Part shown: piece after piece, positions 27,673 through 37,184 of the stretch
Position numbering within the stretch: the first letter of the stretch is position 1
Layout of the letters: each line of letters begins with the position of its first letter
Source of the DNA: Escherichia coli
GTDB taxonomy: Bacteria > Pseudomonadota > Gammaproteobacteria > Enterobacterales > Enterobacteriaceae
Length of the DNA: 64,000 nt
Reading direction: 5' to 3' (one strand)
Assembly: GCA_902500205.1 (NCBI GenBank)
Contig: GCA_902500205.1_4868.1
Program-made: the position numbers and the translations under genes
Notes under the pieces: generated by a model
Database searches by the model: none
The model's input: the letters and a program-made list of their open reading frames with translations, nothing else
What the model was told of the DNA's origin: nothing

Positions 27673-28095
27673 ATGAAAATGATTAATGAGAAGCTCCAAA
27701 AGTATTTAAAGAATGACACCGACTGGATGGTTCTTGACCAGTACGGACGATTTGTTCCGCTATCCAAGGATTCCCCTATACCCCGTGACAAAGCGATTTA
27801 TATTCCTGACGGTAAGGGTGGCTATCGTTTCTGGGAAGGCCAGGAAGTAAAAGAGGAAATGTTCTACATGGAACCGAAGTTCCGTGCAGCGTTCCCATCG
27901 AAAAATATTAACGGCTATGTTTACAACGCAATTCCGCCAATTACGCATCCTAACTTTGAGGTTGTGAACTACCCCGCAACTGTTCTGGATTGGCAACGTG
28001 CCATTAGTGAACACTACACGATTCCGCTTGAAGGTGTTTACTTCCCATTCCGTGATATTAGTTTGGACGACTTTATTAACTCTCTTAAGGACTAA
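27673..28095 (+). CDS. Hypothetical protein
   Basis: TAAGGA RBS; ATG 27673 or 27679. Confidence 0.5.
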   Translation: MKMINEKLQKYLKNDTDWMVLDQYGRFVPLSKDSPIPRDKAIYIPDGKGGYRFWEGQEVKEEMFYMEPKFRAAFPSKNINGYVYNAIPPITHPNFEVVNYPATVLDWQRAISEHYTIPLEGVYFPFRDISLDDFINSLKD

Positions 28096-28098
28096 AAA

Positions 28099-28959
28099 AT
28101 GTACAGTATTACAGATTTCATCAAAAATGCGGATTTCCTCCTACCTTCCGACCACGAAGTATTGGCTAGCGATCCGTTAACCGATGCGGCCATTGTTCAG
28201 CTGGACCGGGATAAACGTCGCACTTACGTCGTGTTGGTCGAAGGAAAGAGTTATGGTCTGTCTTCTTACGACCTGGAGCAGCAGGAGCGCTTCCTCGATG
28301 AAAGCCGCAAAACGTCAATGTATAGCGCTATCTCGCGCGCGTTGTGCAAGGTAATGGCAACCGTTACAGACAGCAAAAAGCGTATCGCTGTGTTACAGGG
28401 TATCAATGCACTAACGACCAAAATCCAACAACTTGAAGGTTTCCATTGCCCACGATTGGAAGCCGCACAGAAGGATGCTAAGGGCGATGAGGCCATGGCA
28501 CTGTTTGAAGGCAATACTGTCTTTGCAACAGCTGAAGCTTGTTATCTCACCTATCCAACTTTTAACTATACGCCAATCAGCGACACCGTAGACGGGATTA
28601 AAGTAGAGAACGTCGTGCAATGGGGTCGCGCAAATCTCAAGTTTGTGATGTCCCATGAAGAAGAAAATCAAGACGGCCTTGGCCAGAAGATTCAACGTTG
28701 GTTCACGGCACGTTTGGACGCCGACTGGGAAGCGCATGTTAACGCAGAACTTCGTAAATTTCATGCAGTAGTCGCTTTGTTAAAAGAGGAGGCTCCTGCA
28801 CCGAAACAACCGAAAGCACCAGTGGTTGGTTGGACGTGTTCTGGTTGTAATCATAACCACATCGCTACAGTACCGAGAACCCATCGCTATACTTCGCAGA
28901 CAATGAACATTGCTTGTCCGGCTTGCGGCAAGATCAACGAAGTTGATTATAAACCGTAG
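28099..28959 (+). CDS. Hypothetical protein with C-terminal zinc-ribbon-like motif
   Basis: C-terminus CSGCNHNH...(x)...CPACG. Confidence 0.5.
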   Translation: MYSITDFIKNADFLLPSDHEVLASDPLTDAAIVQLDRDKRRTYVVLVEGKSYGLSSYDLEQQERFLDESRKTSMYSAISRALCKVMATVTDSKKRIAVLQGINALTTKIQQLEGFHCPRLEAAQKDAKGDEAMALFEGNTVFATAEACYLTYPTFNYTPISDTVDGIKVENVVQWGRANLKFVMSHEEENQDGLGQKIQRWFTARLDADWEAHVNAELRKFHAVVALLKEEAPAPKQPKAPVVGWTCSGCNHNHIATVPRTHRYTSQTMNIACPACGKINEVDYKP

Positions 28960-28965
28960 TAGTAC

Positions 28966-29005
28966 CCCTCTTACCCGAAGGTAAGAGGGTTTTATATTTA
29001 TTTTC
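28966..29005 (+). terminator. Rho-independent terminator
   Basis: Hairpin ccctcttacc-cgaa-ggtaagaggg plus T-rich tail. Confidence 0.7.
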
Positions 29006-29024
29006 CGAAAAGAAAATAAAAGGC

Positions 29025-29046
29025 GCTCTCTCCCGAAGGAGAGAGC
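29025..29046. other. Second GC hairpin preceded by an A-run (possible terminator for minus-strand transcripts)
   Basis: gctctctcc-cgaa-ggagagagc; A-run on + strand immediately upstream. Confidence 0.4.
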
Positions 29047-29072
29047 TTATTCACATCCACTTAGAGGTTAAC

Positions 29073-29219
29073 ATGAATACCTTTATGCAACAACTGCGTC
29101 AGCAACAGCTGAAACAAGTCGCTTTTCAACAACGTCTGCAAGAGGTTACCCGCCAACCGCAGACTTCCACCCGTACCATTAAAGGACTAGGAGGTGACAT
29201 CATCTTCAATAAGAAGTAA
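29073..29219 (+). CDS. Small Gln-rich protein, paralog A (48 aa); not in ORF track
   Basis: GAGG RBS; my translation MNTFMQQLRQQQLKQVAFQQRLQEVTRQPQTSTRTIKGLGGDIIFNKK; followed by hairpin 29228-29247. Confidence 0.45.
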   Translation: MNTFMQQLRQQQLKQVAFQQRLQEVTRQPQTSTRTIKGLGGDIIFNKK

Positions 29220-29331
29220 CACTAACCAGGGGTGTTCGAGCACCCCTTTTAACTCCCGTGACAGTATATCGGTGCATTGTGTACCACCACAGCGCAGCGA
29301 TATATTAACAACCTGCCTAAGGAGGCACTAC

Positions 29332-29478
29332 ATGGAACAACTACGTTCGCAAATACTTAACTATTACGTTAAGCAAACCCAATTCAACCAACGTGTACAA
29401 CAGTTGACTGCGCCCAAGCAGAACACTGTTCGTCGTATCAAGGGTTTAGGAGGTGAAATACTACTAAACAAAAGTTAA
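29332..29478 (+). CDS. Small Gln-rich protein, paralog B (48 aa)
   Basis: TAAGGAGG RBS; MEQLRSQILNYYVKQTQFNQRVQQLTAPKQNTVRRIKGLGGEILLNKS; about 40 percent identical to paralog A ungapped. Confidence 0.5.
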   Translation: MEQLRSQILNYYVKQTQFNQRVQQLTAPKQNTVRRIKGLGGEILLNKS

Positions 29479-29611
29479 CATGAAATAACTCTTACCCGAG
29501 TGTTCCAGCACTCGGGTAATTCCATGCATATAAATAGTTCGTCGTATTTTTTTTTGATCTCGGCAAGACGCATAAACTGCCCGTAGGGGAGCCTAAGCTC
29601 CCCAGTGTTCG

Positions 29612-31174
29612 TTAGAACAAATCATCACCCATTCCACCGGTGAAGAAGTTGATAGACGACGCTGTTACGGTTTCTTCTTTATCACAATCCCAAGGCAGGA
29701 TGCCAACATCCTGGAAAGGTATCACTGTGTAGTGATAAGACTCTTTAGTATCGATAATGGTGCGGTGCTTACCGCGTTGAACTTCTAAGAAGCTATGGCC
29801 GTTGACCACACGCTTGTTAAAATACATTTCACCATCGGCCTCGTTATCAAGGCTCGAACAACTATCGTAAAGACCACGACCAGGTAAGTTCTTACAGAAA
29901 CCTACCGGGTCTAACGCTTTTAAGCGTTTACCTTCTGGGGAAATCTGGTGTGGGGCAATTAAGAACCCACGGTTGCGTACCACTTGGATGTTACGAGCAA
30001 TACGATAAATTTCTTTGATATCACTCCCGGCAATGCCGTTGCCGTGTCCTGCTTTGCTGATTGTGCCTAAGTAGTCTGCGCGAATGCCAACAACATGATA
30101 ACCGCGACGACGTAAGTCGAGAATAAGGTCGTTGATGTAGTGCACTTTAAAATCGGAGTTGGTGTGCTTTTGGAAAACGTAGTCCCAACCGTTTGCGCGA
30201 ATCTTACCACAGAGGTAATCAGACATTGCTGTTGTGTGTGCTAACTTCTCTTCAGCGGTTGCATCCTGTGCAATGGTCATCTGTGGAACTTGTCCTTCAA
30301 AATGACCGTACAGTGCTTGATAGCCGTAAGCTAAGTTAACGTCGAGTTCGTTTTCTAAACTCAAGTCAAGAATAATTGGTTGCAGTGTGCCCTTCACATC
30401 CGTCATTACTTTCTCAGGCGTGTTGAAGATAGGAATCGATAAGCTCAGTAAGAGACTGAACAAAGACTTACAGTTAAAAGGTAACGCTGGCATTAGCCAC
30501 AGTTCTTCGGTAATCCCTTTGTTACAACCGAGCATTTGGTTAATGGCTTTCCAGCCCGTCTGCAAACCATTACCTGCAGCTTTCTTGTTAATCGAGTCGA
30601 ACACTTTAACAAACGGAGCCCGATTATCTGTAACCAGCTCACCGACCAATGATGGAATCTTATTATGAGAGCGTTCACCGAACGTAGATAGCGCCTCTTT
30701 GAGTTCGAGCACTGCGGTGTTCAGATCAACACGTGTCTCAGTTCCATTCAATGCTCCGAACGCGCGACCCATTTTTGTTTTGAGTTCGACGCTCTGTAAA
30801 CATTGACGTAATTGGAAATAATATTGAGACAGTTGTCGATTAAGATGCTCGGTACGTTTGTCTTCTTCCTCGGGCAAATCGTCTTCGAGGAATTTGGTAA
30901 TCGTATCGTATAGAGGACGTACTTGAGTGGTGGCCAGCTTCAAGCGCTTCATAACGCACGCGTGGTCGTATTCCATGCCGCCGTCTATGATAGATGTGAT
31001 AATGTCCTTGATCTCGATGAGTGCAAAGCGCTCTTCGCCATCTTCCGCATATTCCGGAAGCTTGATCTGCATCAGAACTTTTCTTATGACATCATGATCC
31101 TTGCTAGGGTCCGTCAGCATAGATTCTGTATACAGTGCGGCTAAGGCGGTTATCAACATCATTTTACTATTCAT
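29612..31174 (-). CDS. Hypothetical protein
   Basis: 520-aa ORF on minus strand; divergent from 31189 gene. Confidence 0.55.
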   Translation of the reverse strand: MNSKMMLITALAALYTESMLTDPSKDHDVIRKVLMQIKLPEYAEDGEERFALIEIKDIITSIIDGGMEYDHACVMKRLKLATTQVRPLYDTITKFLEDDLPEEEDKRTEHLNRQLSQYYFQLRQCLQSVELKTKMGRAFGALNGTETRVDLNTAVLELKEALSTFGERSHNKIPSLVGELVTDNRAPFVKVFDSINKKAAGNGLQTGWKAINQMLGCNKGITEELWLMPALPFNCKSLFSLLLSLSIPIFNTPEKVMTDVKGTLQPIILDLSLENELDVNLAYGYQALYGHFEGQVPQMTIAQDATAEEKLAHTTAMSDYLCGKIRANGWDYVFQKHTNSDFKVHYINDLILDLRRRGYHVVGIRADYLGTISKAGHGNGIAGSDIKEIYRIARNIQVVRNRGFLIAPHQISPEGKRLKALDPVGFCKNLPGRGLYDSCSSLDNEADGEMYFNKRVVNGHSFLEVQRGKHRTIIDTKESYHYTVIPFQDVGILPWDCDKEETVTASSINFFTGGMGDDLF

Positions 31175-31188
31175 GGAGCATCCTTAAA

Positions 31189-31713
31189 ATGCAAATTCGT
31201 TTTAGTCCACCGTGGGAAGTTCAATCTAACATAGATAAAGGGGCTGGCGTTAAAAAGTTGGAGGAACTCCAAGCAAGCTTCTTTAACTGGTTATATGACT
31301 GCTCGTCGGGCTTTAGTTCCATCATACTGCCAGTGAGTGACCCTATTTCGATTTATAAATCGATTATGGCACCACCTGCACTTCCGACTCTTTATTATGA
31401 CCAGGTCTTAAACCTGGTTGAGAAAGGTACGAATGAAACCCTTGCTGATTTATATGGGGAATCATTCGACGGTCGTTTACGTTGGGTGTTCTCACAACGT
31501 GGCGATGTTGTTGTGGCGTCTTTTGCAGAAGCTAAATCCGGACCGGGTTTTTCTTTAAGTGAAGACCACGCTGCGAAAAAGATGTTCTGCGCAGAACTTT
31601 TTAAATATATGCGTCCCAAGACTCGTGTCGTGGATGATACGTTCAGTACGTCGACGCAGTTTGCTGCGCACGAAGTGCTGACGCAGTTGTACGCATGTCA
31701 TTTATCTAAATAA
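31189..31713 (+). CDS. Hypothetical protein
   Basis: Track ORF 31135 trimmed to ATG 31189 (GGAG RBS). Confidence 0.5.
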   Translation: MQIRFSPPWEVQSNIDKGAGVKKLEELQASFFNWLYDCSSGFSSIILPVSDPISIYKSIMAPPALPTLYYDQVLNLVEKGTNETLADLYGESFDGRLRWVFSQRGDVVVASFAEAKSGPGFSLSEDHAAKKMFCAELFKYMRPKTRVVDDTFSTSTQFAAHEVLTQLYACHLSK

Positions 31714-31725
31714 GGTAAACTTGAA

Positions 31726-34026
31726 ATGAAAGATACCCGTATCGCTAGTCTGGACCAGCTGGTTCAGCAGGGCAATGCTCTGGTCGCTGCTGCCAAGGCA
31801 GGCTCTTCCGCTAATGACGTATGGCAAACCGTAGCCGTTGGCGAATCTGTACGTAAAAATGCTGCCGGCTTCACCAACCTGCGTGACACTGCTCAGCAGC
31901 ACTACGAAGCTGTAAACCCTGGCAAAACCATGAGCCACGCTGCTCAGGTTGCTTCTGCGATGATTCTGGCTGCTGCCGGTCACGAAGACGACTTCATGAC
32001 CCGTGTTGCTGCCGAGAGCGCGAAGCCGGAATACGCCAGCTACATGCCGATCGCTATTTCTGGTGCAGCATCTCTGGCTGCTGACTACGGTAAAACTCCG
32101 CTGGTCGCAACTGAATACTACACCAACAAAGACCTGGACAAAAACCTGGGTCTGACCTGGACGCTGAACGTGCGTGCTCTGGAAACTCAATCCAAGTTTG
32201 CAGAAACCCTGTTCCCGACCATCACTGTGGACACCAACGACGTCGGCATCACCGTTCGTACCAAAGTTACTACTGTAACTCGTGGTATCCTGAACGCCCT
32301 GCTGACCAAAGACGTGGTTGAAGACAACCGTCAGCCGCTGCATAACGCGCTGTCTAACCACAAAGTCCTGCAGGACGATGCTATCCGTATCGTACCTTAC
32401 GTGATGGAAACCGGTGAGAACGCGAAGTTCTTCGTATCCGAAGACATCATCGAAAACGAAAACGTTCAGCTGGGTCGTGTGCCGGCGTATCCGACCAACT
32501 ACCTGAGCTTCTCTGAACGTCGTCTGAACCTGTTCCAGCTGTCTGCCCATCCGGGTATCGTGCAGGAAGGTTACGATGAAACCGACGAAATCGCACCGGG
32601 TGCAGCGCTGGGTAGCCTGCTGCTGTCTGTGCGTAAGCCGACCGAAGAAGCGAAAGATGGCGCGCTGATCAAACTGAACGTACGCGACATGCAGTTCGCT
32701 ACCTTCCAGCGTCCTCCTGAAGGTGATGGCCGTGAGCTGGTCCTGCAGTTCCGTCGCACTGTGTTCTCCCTGAACGCCAAGTCTCTGGACTGGAAAGGTG
32801 CTGAAATCCCGGCACTGGCCGCTCTGGCACAGAACGATTACACCATTCGTTATTCCATGAACATCAGCATGTCTCTGTTCACCAACGGTCAGTTCTCTGG
32901 TCGTGTTGACGTGACTGCACCGTCTCTGGAAATCGAAGGTCTGTACGACGCAACTGGTACTGCTGTTGATATCGAAAGCGGCACCGGTAAAGTGATCATC
33001 GACAACCTGAAACTGGAGCTGCTGGGCTGGCGCTTCGACGGTACTCGTACCAACGAGAACCGGAGAACCCAGGGCCTTCTGCTCGACCCGATTTGGGAAC
33101 AAGAGAACTACAAACTGCAGTACGGTTCTCCGATCATGACCAAATCTCCGGTTGGCGTTGAATACGACGACACCGAACGTCTGGACGACCTCGTTTCTGC
33201 GGTTAACATCCGTAACGAAATGCTGGCTATCACTCAGACTCTGTCTTACACCGAAGCGGTTAAGAACGCAGCTGCGTCCATGATCACTCCGTGGGACAAA
33301 CCTGCTATCCGCGGCCTGGGCCGTCACTGGGTTGCTCCGTGGTACAGCGAAAGCGACTACGAAGTGGACAAAGTGATCCAGTCTCTGGATACCAAAGATG
33401 CGCTCATCAACGCCCGTCAGGGTCTGGTACAGCGTATCGGTGACCAGGTAACTCGTGCTATCCAGGACTCTCGCTTCATGCCGGCTCTGCGCCTGCTGAC
33501 TGCGGACCCGAACGCACTGCCGAAAGTTGTTATCGCAACTGACGAACCGACTGCTGCAATGCTGCTGCTGGTTCAGGGTGACCAGCGTCTGCTGGGCGAT
33601 CGCTACGAGTACGAAGTTATCACCACCAACGATGACCGCTGGCGTGTGAAGAACGAAGCTGACGGCAGCTGGACTCGCCGCCTGCAGTGGGTTCTGAAAG
33701 TTCCAACCGCTGATGATGGTTCTTACTGTGTTCTGAACTGGGGTAACCACTTCTGGTCTCCGATCATGGTAACCAACATCAACATCCAGCGTAACGGCGC
33801 TACCAGCAAAGAGCTGGCAGTACAGCCTCGTAACGCGCACATCTGCCACTGCCCGATCACTGGTCTGATCTGGATTAAAGGTATCACCAAGTTCGTGGAA
33901 GAGAAACTGGCGTTCAACGTCACTACTACTTCCAACGGTACCGGCGGTACTAATGGCGGTAATGCGGGTGATGTTGGCGGCGGCGCTACCCAGCCAGGTA
34001 CTGGCGGTGAAGGCGCTGGCGGCTAA
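31726..34026 (+). CDS. Highly expressed virion protein, putative major capsid protein, with Gly-rich C-terminal tail
   Basis: 766 aa; strongest host-like codon bias in window; tail TSNGTGGTNGGNAGDVGGGATQPGTGGEGAGG; strong terminator downstream. Confidence 0.4.
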   Translation: MKDTRIASLDQLVQQGNALVAAAKAGSSANDVWQTVAVGESVRKNAAGFTNLRDTAQQHYEAVNPGKTMSHAAQVASAMILAAAGHEDDFMTRVAAESAKPEYASYMPIAISGAASLAADYGKTPLVATEYYTNKDLDKNLGLTWTLNVRALETQSKFAETLFPTITVDTNDVGITVRTKVTTVTRGILNALLTKDVVEDNRQPLHNALSNHKVLQDDAIRIVPYVMETGENAKFFVSEDIIENENVQLGRVPAYPTNYLSFSERRLNLFQLSAHPGIVQEGYDETDEIAPGAALGSLLLSVRKPTEEAKDGALIKLNVRDMQFATFQRPPEGDGRELVLQFRRTVFSLNAKSLDWKGAEIPALAALAQNDYTIRYSMNISMSLFTNGQFSGRVDVTAPSLEIEGLYDATGTAVDIESGTGKVIIDNLKLELLGWRFDGTRTNENRRTQGLLLDPIWEQENYKLQYGSPIMTKSPVGVEYDDTERLDDLVSAVNIRNEMLAITQTLSYTEAVKNAAASMITPWDKPAIRGLGRHWVAPWYSESDYEVDKVIQSLDTKDALINARQGLVQRIGDQVTRAIQDSRFMPALRLLTADPNALPKVVIATDEPTAAMLLLVQGDQRLLGDRYEYEVITTNDDRWRVKNEADGSWTRRLQWVLKVPTADDGSYCVLNWGNHFWSPIMVTNINIQRNGATSKELAVQPRNAHICHCPITGLIWIKGITKFVEEKLAFNVTTTSNGTGGTNGGNAGDVGGGATQPGTGGEGAGG

Positions 34027-34057
34027 TAATCCGTAAGGATTACGTTGCCTAAGATTA

Positions 34058-34096
34058 GCTTACTCCCTTCGGGGAGTAAGCTTTTTCTTTTTTTCT
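34058..34096 (+). terminator. Rho-independent terminator
   Basis: Hairpin gcttactccc-TTCG-gggagtaagc plus long T-run. Confidence 0.8.
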
Positions 34097-34104
34097 AAAA
34101 ATTT

Positions 34105-34129
34105 ATAGATAGATATTATCTTAGGGAGA
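34105..34129 (+). promoter_or_regulatory. Phage promoter-like element, class 2 (ATAGATAGATATTATCTTAGGGAGA)
   Basis: Related copies at 34304, 54150, 62427. Confidence 0.5.
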
Positions 34130-34161
34130 AAGTCATCCGGTTTTAACTTAAGGAGACAGTA

Positions 34162-34245
34162 ATGGAAGTCAATTTAGAGAGATCAAGACTAGTTGCACCG
34201 ATGTTTGATGGGCGCGGTTTTATGGCGAACGGTCACCACGTTTGA
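34162..34245 (+). CDS. Tiny ORF (27 aa) between two promoter-like copies; possible leader peptide
   Basis: TTAAGGAGA RBS; MEVNLERSRLVAPMFDGRGFMANGHHV; followed by hairpin 34269-34293. Confidence 0.25.
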   Translation: MEVNLERSRLVAPMFDGRGFMANGHHV

Positions 34246-34303
34246 TACCCTAAAGTTTTTTACGTTAAGGGCACTGGGTATGAACCCGTGCCCAAAGTAA
34301 TCT

Positions 34304-34325
34304 GAGATAGATATTATCTACGTGA
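34304..34325 (+). promoter_or_regulatory. Phage promoter-like element, class 2
   Basis: GAGATAGATATTATCTACGTGA. Confidence 0.45.
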
Positions 34326-34358
34326 ATAATTCTTTTGGTATTATTACTGGGATGTTCA

Positions 34359-35363
34359 ATGAACCGTTATGATTTAGACGTTCAGCCAACGCTAACCCAG
34401 CGGCCCATGCACCGTGGTGCCGTGTCGAAGACTATCACGTACGAAAATAATACCGGGTTTCCCATATACGTCACTGAACTCAGTGGCGGGCATTTTGTTT
34501 TAGCCCCGTCGTCCACCACAGCGGCGGAATTTGGGATTGTGATTTACGTGACCTATACGGTGTTTGCGAACGGTGCTAACCTATCTGGTTTGCGCGACGC
34601 ACATTCGCCAAAGCAGTATGCGCAGATATGTAAGGAATTAACTACGAACGGCGAAACAACGCTGATGTATGTAGTTGATGATATCGGTGCGTTAATGCGA
34701 GGCGACTTGGTGGTGTTGAAGAAGCTAGGAATGGCTTTCTCTACTCAACCAGTAAAACTCGATTCTGAGGTTATTGGTAAGCCAGGAGGGGATCGTAAAG
34801 AATTTGCCTTGGGCGTGGTAGTTGTACAGAAGTACGAAGACCCAGCACCTTTAAAGTGGCTGAGGTTCTATACAACGATGTTGGAAGTCGAACCGATTCG
34901 ATCGAAGTATTACGACGAGGGTATATACATGGTAATCGGTGGTGCGGAGTGCGTCGAAGGGGGTAAGATGATAATGTACTCTTTCGATGACCCGATGTCC
35001 CCGTTCCGGGCGTTTGCATCTGAAGATGAAGCGAGGCGTTATCGGTGGCTCGATAATATTCCAGAGTTGCGAGATGTTCGTGCGAAGCTGGAAGCCACGT
35101 ATCAGGCCAAGTTGCAAGATCTCGATGAGAAAAAGAATCGGCAAGACCTCGATTATCGTACACAACTTAATAATCTGGCGCTAGAGAAGGAGAGGATTAA
35201 CACCCTTAACACAATCCAGACGAATGAGCTTAAGTTGCGTTCCGATGTTCGTAAAGACCAATACGAGTCCCGAGCTTATCAGCGAAAAGATAGCTCGGAG
35301 TTCTTGAAATCCATTCCCGCGTATTTGGCTGCAGGGGTAGCACTCGTTGGGATGATTCTCTGA
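34359..35363 (+). CDS. Hypothetical protein with coiled-coil region and C-terminal hydrophobic anchor
   Basis: Track ORF (TTG 34335) trimmed to ATG 34359; C-terminus SIPAYLAAGVALVGMIL. Confidence 0.5.
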   Translation: MNRYDLDVQPTLTQRPMHRGAVSKTITYENNTGFPIYVTELSGGHFVLAPSSTTAAEFGIVIYVTYTVFANGANLSGLRDAHSPKQYAQICKELTTNGETTLMYVVDDIGALMRGDLVVLKKLGMAFSTQPVKLDSEVIGKPGGDRKEFALGVVVVQKYEDPAPLKWLRFYTTMLEVEPIRSKYYDEGIYMVIGGAECVEGGKMIMYSFDDPMSPFRAFASEDEARRYRWLDNIPELRDVRAKLEATYQAKLQDLDEKKNRQDLDYRTQLNNLALEKERINTLNTIQTNELKLRSDVRKDQYESRAYQRKDSSEFLKSIPAYLAAGVALVGMIL

Positions 35364-35374
35364 GGGAGGCCGGT

Positions 35375-37153
35375 GTGTTTAAAGATGCGATTAGGAAGAT
35401 TAAAGAGGCAGGCGAAATAGTGCCTTTTAATCGTGCAATTGCAGAAGGAGTTGGGTACACACAAGCTAAAGACGGGATACATGATCGTGTGGCAACCATT
35501 CTACGTCGTGAGTTGACGTATGATGAAATCGATAACCCGAAATTACCAGAAGGGTTAACGGTGTTAGGCTGCCGTCAGATGTCCCCGTTTGAAGCTTTTA
35601 TCTTTAAGTTATCGAAGTCGGATAACAATTCACGAAACAATCGTGGCCGGTCAATTATTAACATCTCATCCACTGACACGTATATGGTAATGGCCTCGTT
35701 CCGTGTTCCAGGCGACCCCCGTCCGGTGCAACGACCGATGAGCTTACCATTTATTCGTCGTGGCGGCTTAATGAACTACTACGGTACAACGTACCACGTA
35801 GCACCTGTAATCCACCAACCTGGTATTTGTCGTGAGCACGGTGGTATCTTTATTAACTTTGACTTCACCCGCAAGGTGTCTATCAAGTTCTGTAAGAAAC
35901 CAACGAAGATTCTGGTGAACGGTCGTCCGGAACAACTGTTCTTACCAGGCACGTCGAATCTGTTTGTCTCAACCGGACAGATTGGACACGACACCGATGA
36001 GAAGCCGTTGATGTATTGGCTCTTCGGGCGCTACGGCTTTAAACAAGCTGTGAAGCGTTATGCGGGCGTTGATGTGACGATTTGGCCAGCGATTAAAGTA
36101 CGTGATGTGGACTTAACGAAGTATGTGGTGATTCAGTCCGGTGAGCCACAACTCGCGAAGACCATCCAGTACGTACTGTTGGTTAAACGTGAAGATATGC
36201 CTAACACCGATGCAGGGCGTTGGGATCAGAATGAACATCTGTTGCTGGTAGCGACTGCTGCGTTCTTCAAAGCAGCGCACTACTACGCAGGTAAACAGAA
36301 CAGTAAGAACGGTCGTGCACCAACACTGCCGGGGCTGTTTACACAGATTAACGAAATGGCAATGGACGAAGATATTGCGAACCTCAACTCTGCAGCCTCC
36401 TGGCGCGAAGTGTTGGGTCGTAGTATTCGCGGACTGAAGCCCTCGGATATCGAACTGAGTCGCAGTATGGACAGCCACTTCCAGGAATGTGAACGCTATG
36501 TCAACAGCACCTTCCGTGGTGAGCTGATGGCAAACGATCCGTCCATCCCTGATGATTTGGATATGTTTGATTTCCTCTGGTATACCACGCAGCTGATGGT
36601 GCGTACTCGTCTTACCAAACAAGATGATATTCCGTCTATGTACGGAAAACGTCTCACGGTAACCGATTACTTACTGTTGGGCCAACGTGGCTTTACCACA
36701 ACGATCTCGAAAATACGTTGGAAGCTGGGGCAGTTGGAACATCGGACTCCAGAGACAGCGGCGAAGTCTATTCGAGACGCACTGAACAAACAGATCGTGC
36801 TCAATCTGGTGATGCGCACCATTACGAGCAACGGCGGTATCAGTTTCTTCAATGCCTCTACAGAATCAATGGTATTGGCAGTGTCTACGCACGCCATCGG
36901 TCAAACCGAAACCGATGCTAAGCGTTCGAAGAAAGGAGGCAAGACCGTTAACTTGAACGACCGTACTAAGCACGCATCCGCGTCGCATCTGGAATGTGGT
37001 AACGTCTACTATATTCCTAAGTCGGCACCGTTTAAGGCGAACATCCTCAACCCGTACATGAAGACCAACCCAAGTTTGGTAATGATGCGGAACCCTAAAC
37101 TGGACCCGTACATCAGACCGACCGAAGAAGACATTGCTAAAATCGGCCGCTAA
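35375..37153 (+). CDS. Hypothetical protein
   Basis: GTG start with GGGAGG RBS; 592 aa. Confidence 0.55.
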   Translation: MFKDAIRKIKEAGEIVPFNRAIAEGVGYTQAKDGIHDRVATILRRELTYDEIDNPKLPEGLTVLGCRQMSPFEAFIFKLSKSDNNSRNNRGRSIINISSTDTYMVMASFRVPGDPRPVQRPMSLPFIRRGGLMNYYGTTYHVAPVIHQPGICREHGGIFINFDFTRKVSIKFCKKPTKILVNGRPEQLFLPGTSNLFVSTGQIGHDTDEKPLMYWLFGRYGFKQAVKRYAGVDVTIWPAIKVRDVDLTKYVVIQSGEPQLAKTIQYVLLVKREDMPNTDAGRWDQNEHLLLVATAAFFKAAHYYAGKQNSKNGRAPTLPGLFTQINEMAMDEDIANLNSAASWREVLGRSIRGLKPSDIELSRSMDSHFQECERYVNSTFRGELMANDPSIPDDLDMFDFLWYTTQLMVRTRLTKQDDIPSMYGKRLTVTDYLLLGQRGFTTTISKIRWKLGQLEHRTPETAAKSIRDALNKQIVLNLVMRTITSNGGISFFNASTESMVLAVSTHAIGQTETDAKRSKKGGKTVNLNDRTKHASASHLECGNVYYIPKSAPFKANILNPYMKTNPSLVMMRNPKLDPYIRPTEEDIAKIGR

Positions 37154-37184
37154 TTATTACATCTCTTAAGGAGTATTATTTACA

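Noticed and set aside
29228-29247. Hairpin aggggtg-TTCGAG-cacccct resembling a tRNA T-arm
   Set aside because: Six-nt loop, no acceptor, D or anticodon arms nearby; it is the terminator-like hairpin of small ORF A.
31702-33849. 715-aa antisense ORF covering almost the whole capsid-candidate gene; similar long antisense ORFs at 37668..38804, 16540..17610, 13005..13547, 2273..2779 and 15203..15739
   Set aside because: They lie opposite strongly codon-biased genes, have odd composition (Val/Arg/Phe-rich), no RBS and no terminator context; most likely a by-product of sense-strand codon choice.
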